From assembly GCF_003334765.1 (NCBI RefSeq), contig NZ_QOWT01000052.1: a DNA stretch of 17,115 nt; one strand, 5' to 3'. Source of the stretch: Escherichia coli. Lineage in GTDB: Bacteria; Pseudomonadota; Gammaproteobacteria; Enterobacterales; Enterobacteriaceae. Numbering within the stretch: the first letter of the stretch is position 1; every line of letters starts with the position of its first letter. The notes below the pieces were generated by a model. The model saw nothing but the letters and a program-made list of their open reading frames with translations, made no database searches and was not told the origin of the DNA. The position numbers were made by a program, and so were the translations under genes. This document shows positions 10,110 through 17,115 of this stretch, one piece after another.

Positions 10110-10362
10110 CGGAAGCCCTCGTACCAGCCTTAACTTTTTTCAGGAACGCGTCCTTTTCCCACGCCACAGGTTCGCCGCTGCTCAGGCCTTCTGCCAGTAA
10201 ATCCCGCAGGGCCTGGAGACGTGACTCTGCCTGTTTCTCGCGCAGGAGACGAAGTGACTCGCGAATCACTTCACTCTGAGTACGATAATCACCTGATTCT
10301 ATGAGAGATTCAATGAATTCACGGAGTTCATCTCCGAGATCCACTGTCATTGTTCTGGCCAT
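10096..10362 (-). CDS. parD: ParD-family (ribbon-helix-helix) antitoxin
   Basis: 88 aa, MARTMTVDLGDELREFIESLIESGDYRTQSEVIRESLRLLREKQ...; RBS GAGG upstream; operon with the downstream toxin. Confidence 0.75.
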   Translation of the reverse strand: MARTMTVDLGDELREFIESLIESGDYRTQSEVIRESLRLLREKQAESRLQALRDLLAEGLSSGEPVAWEKDAFLKKVKAGTRASGENR

Positions 10363-10376
10363 ATTAAAGCCTCAAT

Positions 10377-10399
10377 ATTGTAAGTTTAAATCTTACAAT
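10377..10399. promoter_or_regulatory. Palindromic putative operator ATTGTAAG-N7-CTTACAAT, 15 bp upstream of the parD start
   Basis: 8-bp inverted arms around an AT-rich spacer, overlapping a candidate -10 on the minus strand. Confidence 0.45.
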
Positions 10400-10439
10400 C
10401 AGTTTATTCGATACTCAAGGGCGAGTCCAGTACTGAACA

Positions 10440-10577
10440 TTTGGGAGAAATGGGGTAATACCCAAGATAGACCAAAAAGGGAAGGGAGAAGTAAAGAAGA
10501 AGGTTCGCTACGTAAATTCTGACTTGGTACAAACCTCTATAAAAAAGAAATTTTTCATGTAACACATTTGGGTACTG
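10440..10577 (+). repeat. Repeat B: about 138-bp diverged copy of repeat A, flanked by direct 9-bp CCCAGTACT (10427..10435 and 10592..10600)
   Basis: Alignable to repeat A over its whole length at roughly three-quarters identity by eye. Confidence 0.5.
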
Positions 10578-10641
10578 CCTCCCAGTAAAGGGAGACAGCA
10601 TCCCAGTACTATAATTGTACTATATAATATAATGTAGGTGA

Positions 10642-12579
10642 TTAAAATAAATTATCTAATCCGAGCAAACTTTCTTTTTCCTTTTTTATCATGTTGAGAT
10701 GATTTAGTGATTTTAAATAAATATAATTATACATATCTTCAACCAAGTTTTCTAATACTAGGAAAACCCTGTTTTTTACACCTGCCTGTGTTAATAATTT
10801 ATCTATAAGCATACTGTTTTTATCGTTTATGATTCCATCAGATTTTATTTTATCGAGGCCTGAAATTATCTTTAAACATGAAGGTGTCGTAATTGCATTG
10901 TCAAAAATAATGTCATGCAAAGAGTATGTTGATAATTTTTCTATATCAGAGAAGGCGAGGACATTCAGAATGTTATCATTAAATGGACCGATTGATACAT
11001 CGTGCATAGATTCAAGTTTATTGTTATTTGATTTTCTATCTTTACGTAGTTCTTTATTTTGAACAATAACTCTCGCATCACCGATTAGTTTATAATAGAA
11101 ATTTTCAGCTAATGTGCTCGCTGAAAAATTCTCTTCTTTAAAACCAATCTCTTGCATTAACGGAATGATTAACTCTTCCGTTGTATTTTCCATGTCTATG
11201 TGGTTTAAAAAAACCGCAGTATTCAGCATAATAGAGTTATTTTTTAGTTCCTTTACCAAACTCAGCAATATCTTACTTTTTATACTAGATGCGCTGTTTT
11301 TAATGAATTCAGCCGCATGATACTCTTGAATTGTTTTATGGACAAATGTAAATATTTCGGCGCCATCTCTTCTGATCAAACCTGTGACATCGATATAGTC
11401 ATTAATAAGATCTTCGGCAAAAGTATCAGAATAATTGAGCCCCAAAACTTTAAATGATTTTTTAGTGATATTTTTTAAGTTATCCCATGATAATTGGGAT
11501 GAACTTTTTAGCGATATGTAACATAAAGCACAAAATATTTCTTTTGATTCACTAATTGAGAGGTTTGTTTTTCTATGCCTTTTATAGAAATTTTTTGTTT
11601 TATCATGGCCTTCAAATAGTATATTAAATATTCTATTGTAAAATTCTCTTGCATTTTTAGGCATTGAATCGAGATGCTTTTCACAAACACAAAGCAGTAC
11701 AGCAAGAATTGGAGTATTAATTGAAGAAAGCAATTGTTTATTTTTCTTAAGCGCTGCTATAAGTTGATCAGCTGACTCCTTTGGTAAAAAATTACCTATT
11801 ATGGAAAAAACATCTTTCTCTGTTAGTGGTTCAACATGATAATTATTTATTCCTGCAGTAGTGCATATTTCTGTTCCAGGCCGAGACGTTGATATTAATT
11901 GAGTCTGAAAAGAATCATTTAAATGCAATATTTCTTTTAAAATAGTTTCTCTAATATCAGGGGATATTTCATCAAAACCATCTAGTAGTAATATAATTTT
12001 TTTACTTTTCAGTAACCCCTTTAGGTCAGCATTAGTGCAGTTTAATTCGAGAGTAGTTAATGTTTTTATTAAACTATCTTGTATTGAATTGTTTTCCAAG
12101 TTTCTAAGATCAAAAAAGAATGGTATTTTATTAATTTTTGAATTATTACTTAAAATAGCTAGGAATATTTTTCTTAAAATTGTTGTTTTCCCTTGTCCAG
12201 CAGCGCCAATTATATTTAATATATTTTCATTTTGAATACAAAAATCATTATTAATTAAAAGGTCTTCATTTGTACGGTTGTTTTTTACCGTGAGTGGATG
12301 ATAAAATTCATCTATAAAAGCATCATCATTTAAATTATATAAAGTTCTTACTGACAAGTATCTTTTAATACATAAATCAAAATAATGAGTGAAAGTATCT
12401 TTCTTCAATATTTGTTCAATAAGTACTTTCGCATTATCAGTTCCATGTTTCCACTTTTGTGAAACTACTGAATTTAACAATTCGTAAGTTGATTTTGTTA
12501 AAGATTCACTAAAAGTTTCTACCATTTTATTGGTGGCCACAATACCCAGTGCAGCAGCAGATATTGTTAACGGTTCCAT
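10642..12579 (-). CDS. NACHT-domain NTPase (bacterial NACHT / STAND family), 645 aa
   Basis: Walker A GAAGQGKTT; NACHT-type Walker B ILLLDGFDE; sensor-1 ISTSRP; RBS AAGGAG 6 nt upstream of the ATG; AT-rich. Confidence 0.85.
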   Translation of the reverse strand: MEPLTISAAALGIVATNKMVETFSESLTKSTYELLNSVVSQKWKHGTDNAKVLIEQILKKDTFTHYFDLCIKRYLSVRTLYNLNDDAFIDEFYHPLTVKNNRTNEDLLINNDFCIQNENILNIIGAAGQGKTTILRKIFLAILSNNSKINKIPFFFDLRNLENNSIQDSLIKTLTTLELNCTNADLKGLLKSKKIILLLDGFDEISPDIRETILKEILHLNDSFQTQLISTSRPGTEICTTAGINNYHVEPLTEKDVFSIIGNFLPKESADQLIAALKKNKQLLSSINTPILAVLLCVCEKHLDSMPKNAREFYNRIFNILFEGHDKTKNFYKRHRKTNLSISESKEIFCALCYISLKSSSQLSWDNLKNITKKSFKVLGLNYSDTFAEDLINDYIDVTGLIRRDGAEIFTFVHKTIQEYHAAEFIKNSASSIKSKILLSLVKELKNNSIMLNTAVFLNHIDMENTTEELIIPLMQEIGFKEENFSASTLAENFYYKLIGDARVIVQNKELRKDRKSNNNKLESMHDVSIGPFNDNILNVLAFSDIEKLSTYSLHDIIFDNAITTPSCLKIISGLDKIKSDGIINDKNSMLIDKLLTQAGVKNRVFLVLENLVEDMYNYIYLKSLNHLNMIKKEKESLLGLDNLF

Positions 12580-12867
12580 TTTTGCTCCTTCAAAAAATTA
12601 TAAAGTGACTGTCTAAATTCATTTAGAATAAAAAGGATAATTACTGATTCTTGATATGGAAGTTATAAAGTGGTTCATATTAAGAAATTCCAAAACCTAA
12701 AGTGTTTGTAACTATATAAAAAATAGATAATAAATCAAGGTTGTTGACATAAAATTTGACACGACGAACTGAAACTCAATGTGGACTAAGGAAAGCACTT
12801 ACCCTATTGTAAAGCATTGATTTAAAATGTTATTTTTTATATTTAACATAATCTTTGTTATGCGCAC

Positions 12868-13570
12868 TAAGGGTGTAACAGCAAAGTTGTAATGTCCGCC
12901 TTGGGCTAAGTTAAGATGTCCGGCGTGTATAATCAAGTAAGGATTACCATGACGGCTCTCGCAGCGGAGTTTTTCACTTTGGATGAAGTTAACCGACTCA
13001 AGATTATTCAGGACGTCATCGACCGGCGTCTGACAACACAGATGGCAGCGCAGCGGCTTGGTATCTCCGACCGCCAGTGCCGTCGTCTGCTTGCGCGTTA
13101 TCGTGAAGATGGTCCGCTTGGCATGACCAGCCGCGTGTCGAAATCACTCACTGTGCAGTACGACAAAGTGCTTTACCTCATTGAAGACAATGAGTTCAGT
13201 CGTCGGGCGATTGGTAAATACATTGATGTCTGGCATTACCCTGACGGACATAAAGAGCTCCGGCTTAATGGCGTATCAATTCCCTACTCCACCTATGACA
13301 AACTGTCTGAAATCGATCAGGGTGCCATTGTGGACAATAAACGTCTTGGGCGTGCGCTGGAGATGGCGCAACTTGTGCAGGCCGAACGGGATAATAACCG
13401 GTCACAATCAGTGCCATCCGGTGACGGCCCTTCACGCAGGCGCAAAGCCCCTACGACGAAGAAATCCCAGCGTTCTTTGGACCAGGACGATATGTTCAAT
13501 GCACTTGTAAAACTTCAGACACGAGCTGAGGAGATTTTTGGTGAACGCAACCAAAAATGATGTTTTGATA
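12868..13570 (+). mobile_element. ISNCY/IS481-like IS remnant with an internally deleted transposase gene
   Basis: Left-end sequence AAGGGTGTA... is shared with the full copy at about 15675; the gene lacks the catalytic core. Confidence 0.5.
12949..13560 (+). pseudogene. Internally deleted DDE transposase derivative: N-terminal HTH fused in frame to the C-terminal domain (about 280 aa of catalytic core missing)
   Basis: Residues ..NRLKIIQDVIDRRL..GPLGM and ..LTVQYDKVLYLIEDNEFSRRAIGKYIDVWHYPDGHKELRLNG.. align to both ends of the 415-aa transposase at 15794..17041. Extended -10 TGTATAAT and RBS AAGGA precede the ATG at 12949. Confidence 0.6.
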
Positions 13571-13611
13571 CGAACATTTCAATGGTCAATAGATAGAGTG
13601 GAGATGGGCAG

Positions 13612-14658
13612 ATGATAACGTTTTCTATGGATGAAAGTGGCTATACGGGTTATGACTTACTCCACAAAGAGCAAAAATTCCAAGGCGCGTCATCAATATT
13701 AATAAACCATGATGACGCCAGTCGTCTGATAAAAGAATATTTCCCCAAACTTCAAGCCGATGAATTGAAGTACAGCTCGCTGAAAAGAAGAGATTCCAAC
13801 CGCAAGCCATTATTTGAATTGCAAAAGCATCTCTTATCTAATTACCCATGTATAACATGCGTAGGTGATAAACGCTTTTTACTAATTCTTATGTTCATCG
13901 ATTATGCTGTTGAACCATTCTATTATGATTTTGGGATTAATCTTTATGAGGATGGCGGTAACTTCTCAATGGCATCAATGGTGTATTACGTTGGACCAGC
14001 GTATTATGGCTCTGCCTTTGATGATGTTCTGCTTCAGTTTCAAAATGCTATGAAAGAAAAAACATTAGATTCAGTGAGTTTGCTAATAAGCAAAATAAGG
14101 AGGCTTGACTGGCAAAGGTTAAAAGAGTTTTTTGGTCCTTTGGCATTTAACCACCCAGATTGTATTGATGCCATCATGACTGATGGAATTAGCACTGATG
14201 CCTCATTTACTATTTTAAATGCATTAATTTCTCGCACGGAAATGATGTCCTCTGGAGAGTATGCAATTGAGCATGATCGTTCTAAAAATCTGCTAACTTA
14301 CAATGAACGCCTTAACTTTTTGATCAATTGTGATAAGGAAGGAGAGTTTAAACATTCCGAGATAGCAACTATCTCATTCCCACTAAACCTTAAAAAAGTC
14401 TATCAAATTGATTCGAAAGAAAGCCCAAGCGTGCAATTGTGTGATGTTCTTATAGGTGCATGTATTGAATCAGTTTATCAATTAATGGACTCTAAGGTAC
14501 TCAATCAAAATTCCGTTCTTTCACTTTACCAAGATAGCCAGTTAATACATTTCATACCTGATATAGATTTTGAAGGACAGAAAAAATTTAGGAAAGGCAG
14601 TCAAAGTGAGGAGTATCTTACGTTTATTCAAAATGAAATCTACTCTAGTAAACTTTAA
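13612..14658 (+). CDS. DUF3800-like protein (uncharacterised), 348 aa
   Basis: N-terminal FSMDESGYTG (DESG motif) and C-terminal VQLCDVLIGA (QxxD-like motif), as recalled for DUF3800; RBS GGAG; AT-rich. Confidence 0.6.
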   Translation: MITFSMDESGYTGYDLLHKEQKFQGASSILINHDDASRLIKEYFPKLQADELKYSSLKRRDSNRKPLFELQKHLLSNYPCITCVGDKRFLLILMFIDYAVEPFYYDFGINLYEDGGNFSMASMVYYVGPAYYGSAFDDVLLQFQNAMKEKTLDSVSLLISKIRRLDWQRLKEFFGPLAFNHPDCIDAIMTDGISTDASFTILNALISRTEMMSSGEYAIEHDRSKNLLTYNERLNFLINCDKEGEFKHSEIATISFPLNLKKVYQIDSKESPSVQLCDVLIGACIESVYQLMDSKVLNQNSVLSLYQDSQLIHFIPDIDFEGQKKFRKGSQSEEYLTFIQNEIYSSKL

Positions 14659-14663
14659 AAAAA

Positions 14664-14684
14664 GGCTCTGAAAATCAGAACCTT
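14664..14684. terminator. Imperfect hairpin between the convergent genes (possible bidirectional terminator)
   Basis: GGCTCTGA-AAA-TCAGAACC stem with one mismatch, A-run upstream. Confidence 0.3.
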
Positions 14685-14893
14685 ATCGCACCACCAGACA
14701 TAGAAATGATTCGTGAAGCTATTTTATACAGAACCAAAAACACAAAGGCCAAAACAGTCATGATATCTAATACCATAGGCATTACCTCCACTAACGTATT
14801 CAAGACAAACGCTTTATACCCGCATCAGTCCGTAGACAGGCATCTGTTCGTCAGTTTGTGGATTTCTATGGGTGGTGAGACCGGGTAGAGACA

Positions 14894-15538
14894 TCATACC
14901 TGTTTTCTTAGAAGCTGGTCAATATAGCTGATCGTGTGAAATTCACGTTCGATTTTCATACAAACATTTGGCAACTGTTCGATAAGAAAGTTTTCATCGA
15001 AGCGATCTAGAAGGTACGTGAGGGTAATAGTATCAATTTTATTCAATTTTCTATGTAAAACTGAAGAACGCCTCACAAAATCGTTTTTCCTTAACTCTTG
15101 AATAACATCGATCAAAATAGGGTTGAATAATTCTTTTTCTGGAAAGGACTTGTAAATTTTCGAATCAATAATTTGAGAAGGATCTAAGCGGTTAATTAAA
15201 TTATTACTGCTAACTATGTAGCACTTATCAATCATCAAACCTTCCGTTTTGCAACGGTCTAAATCACAAGCGTTTATTATACATTCTTTAAATACAACAT
15301 GTCGCAGGCTCCCGCCTCTAAAAAGGACTCCTCTTAATAAAGAGGATTGGAAAAGACTGCCAGTAAAGTTACACCATTTCAATGAAGCACCAATAAAAGA
15401 CGTGTTCGTGAATTTTGACTGAAAAAAATTTGAATGGTAACTGTGTGTCTTATTGAAATTTTTATTTATAAAATTCCTACTCGCAACATCACGATTATTG
15501 TAGCTGAAAGCATTTTTGCTCTTCTTATTCCTTGCCAT
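14894..15538 (-). CDS. Pentapeptide-repeat protein: N-terminal pentapeptide-repeat region plus a C-terminal domain of unknown function, 214 aa
   Basis: Residues about 20..95 show a 5-residue periodicity (RNFIN KNFNK .. SNFFQ SKFTN TSFIG ASLKW CNFTG SLFQS SLLRG VLFRG GSLRH VVFKE) with F/L at the centre position. Confidence 0.6.
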   Translation of the reverse strand: MARNKKSKNAFSYNNRDVASRNFINKNFNKTHSYHSNFFQSKFTNTSFIGASLKWCNFTGSLFQSSLLRGVLFRGGSLRHVVFKECIINACDLDRCKTEGLMIDKCYIVSSNNLINRLDPSQIIDSKIYKSFPEKELFNPILIDVIQELRKNDFVRRSSVLHRKLNKIDTITLTYLLDRFDENFLIEQLPNVCMKIEREFHTISYIDQLLRKQV

Positions 15539-15674
15539 ATTTATATCTCAGACTTTATAAGTCTAATGATATTCCCACGAATTGCTTTCCCTGTGAAGTT
15601 TTTGTTGACCAAGCAAAGCAGTTTATGGACATTTGAACTTTGCCCTACCCCGGACATCTGAACTTAGCTTTGAC

Positions 15675-17038
15675 AAAGGGTGTAGAGGCTCAATGCTAAT
15701 GTCTATTTGTGGCTCATTGGAATGTCCAGGCTATAGTTTCTCAGATCCCTATGTCTAGACAACGACTCACTTTTTCCTGATGAGGAGTTTTCTATGGCTA
15801 TAAATGACGCCGGAATGTTCACCGTGAAAGAAATCAATCGCCTCAAAATCCTTCAGGATGTCATCGATCGCAATATCCGTCCTGGACAGGCTGCCGAAAT
15901 GCTGGTCATCACGCCACGTCATTGCAGCCGTCTGCTCAAACGTTATCGCCAGTATGGGCCGCTTGGCATGAACAACCAGAGTCGTGGCCGCACTGGTAAC
16001 CGTCTGTTGCCAGCGTCACTGACAGATCAGGCACTCAGTATAATCCGGGAGCACTACCGTGATTTTGGCCCCACGCTAGCGCGGGAAAAGCTGGAGGAAG
16101 TTCACGGTCTGGTCCTTGGAAAGGAAACCATCCGACGTCTCATGATAAAGGCCGGACTCTGGATTCCCCGCAGACAACGCGCACCGAAAATTCATCAGCC
16201 TCGTTACCGGCGTCCTTGTACTGGCGAGCTGATACAAATTGATGGCTGCGACCACCACTGGTTTGAAAACCGGGGTCGACCCTGTACTGCCCTGGTCTAT
16301 GTTGACGATGCCACCAGTCGCCTGATGCACCTGCTGTTTGTGAAATCTGAGTCCACATTTACCTATTTTGAAGCTACACGTGGCTATATCGAGAAATACG
16401 GTAAACCGATGATCCTCTACAGCGATAAAGCCAGCATATTCAGAGTCAATAATAAGCACGCCACCACCGGCCCCGGCGAAACCCAGTTTGCCAGGGCCAT
16501 GCGCTGCCTTAATATTACTCCTTTGTGTGCTGAAACCAGCCAGGCAAAAGGCCGCGTTGAACGTGCTCATTTGACACTTCAGGACCGACTCGTTAAGGAG
16601 CTCAGGCTTAAGGGGATCTGTACAATAGAAGCGGCCAATGCATTTGCAGAAGAATACATGGCGGATTATAACCGTCGCTTTGCCAAAGAACCCTTGCATG
16701 ATTTTAACGCGCACCGGCCGCTGGCATTAGACGATGACCTTGATGCAGAATTTACCTGGCGAGAGCCTCGCCGGGTATCAAAAAATCTGACTGTACAATA
16801 CGATAAAATGCTCTATCTGATTGAGGACAACGAGTACAGTCGAAGAGCCATCGGCAAGTATATTGATGTCTGGCATTATCCTGACGGACATAAGGAGCTG
16901 CGACTAAATGGCGTGCTGCTGCCCTACTCCACCTATGACCGGCTTTCTGAGGTTGATCCCGTCGCCATTGTAGATAACAAGAGACTTGGCCATGTGTTGG
17001 ATGTTGCCCGTCAGGTCCAGAGAAAACGGGACAATAAT
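15675..17038 (+). mobile_element. ISNCY/IS481-like insertion sequence, 3'-truncated by insertion of the terminal-repeat element
   Basis: Left-end homology with the 12868 copy; the transposase reading frame is cut at 17038/17039. Confidence 0.6.
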
Positions 17039-17041
17039 TGA
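15794..17041 (+). CDS. DDE transposase (integrase-core type, ISNCY/IS481-like), 415 aa, C-terminally truncated by about 45 aa relative to the homolog at 12949..13560
   Basis: N-terminal HTH, central core (..QIDGCDHHWF..YVDDATSRLM..) and C-terminal DVWHYPDGHKELRLNG; RBS GAGGAG. The stop codon TGA is supplied by the first bases of the 77-bp repeat. Confidence 0.8.
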   Translation: MAINDAGMFTVKEINRLKILQDVIDRNIRPGQAAEMLVITPRHCSRLLKRYRQYGPLGMNNQSRGRTGNRLLPASLTDQALSIIREHYRDFGPTLAREKLEEVHGLVLGKETIRRLMIKAGLWIPRRQRAPKIHQPRYRRPCTGELIQIDGCDHHWFENRGRPCTALVYVDDATSRLMHLLFVKSESTFTYFEATRGYIEKYGKPMILYSDKASIFRVNNKHATTGPGETQFARAMRCLNITPLCAETSQAKGRVERAHLTLQDRLVKELRLKGICTIEAANAFAEEYMADYNRRFAKEPLHDFNAHRPLALDDDLDAEFTWREPRRVSKNLTVQYDKMLYLIEDNEYSRRAIGKYIDVWHYPDGHKELRLNGVLLPYSTYDRLSEVDPVAIVDNKRLGHVLDVARQVQRKRDNN

Positions 17042-17115
17042 TCCTACCCACGTAATATGGACACAGGCCTAAGCGAGGTTCTTGTTTTCAAATTGTTCCG
17101 GACTGAGGCCGCCAC
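17039..17115 (+). repeat. Right copy of the 77-bp terminal inverted repeat (IS3-family-like terminus)
   Basis: Identical to the reverse complement of 1..77. Confidence 0.6.

Noticed and set aside
10829-12235. Four plus-strand and minus-strand short ORFs inside the NACHT gene
   Set aside because: Antisense or alternative frames in AT-rich coding sequence.
13181-14237. Short ORFs overlapping the deleted transposase and the DUF3800-like gene
   Set aside because: Alternative or antisense frames without start context.
14706-14888. 60-aa plus-strand ORF between the convergent genes
   Set aside because: Sits in the intergenic terminator region with no RBS; likely spurious.
15434-15661. 75-aa plus-strand ORF
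   Set aside because: Antisense to the pentapeptide-repeat gene's 5' end and promoter.
16076-17051. Minus-strand ORFs (212, 72 and 99 aa)
   Set aside because: Antisense to the DDE transposase gene.

Overview
This 17.1 kb window reads as an IS-rich segment of an IncFIB-type plasmid. It is bounded by a perfect 77-bp inverted repeat (1..77 and 17039..17115) that looks like the terminus of an IS3-family element lying outside the window. The backbone has roughly balanced GC and carries a RepFIB-like repA flanked by iteron clusters, a tyrosine recombinase, and a parDE-like toxin-antitoxin locus whose toxin appears frameshifted. A nested graveyard of IS remnants sits between: IS2-like orfA, IS200-family tnpA, IS2-like orfB fragment, and IS21/IS100-like istA/istB pseudogenes, plus two diverged ISNCY/IS481-like DDE transposase copies. 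Three AT-rich cargo islands carry candidate defence genes: (i) a SIR2-like / P-loop NTPase / helical C-terminus gene split by two homopolymer frameshifts (575..3019); (ii) a 645-aa NACHT NTPase (10642..12579, minus); (iii) a convergent pair of a DUF3800-like protein and a pentapeptide-repeat protein (13612..15538). No rRNA, tRNA or CRISPR array was seen. All calls come from reading the sequence and motif recall; no database search was run.
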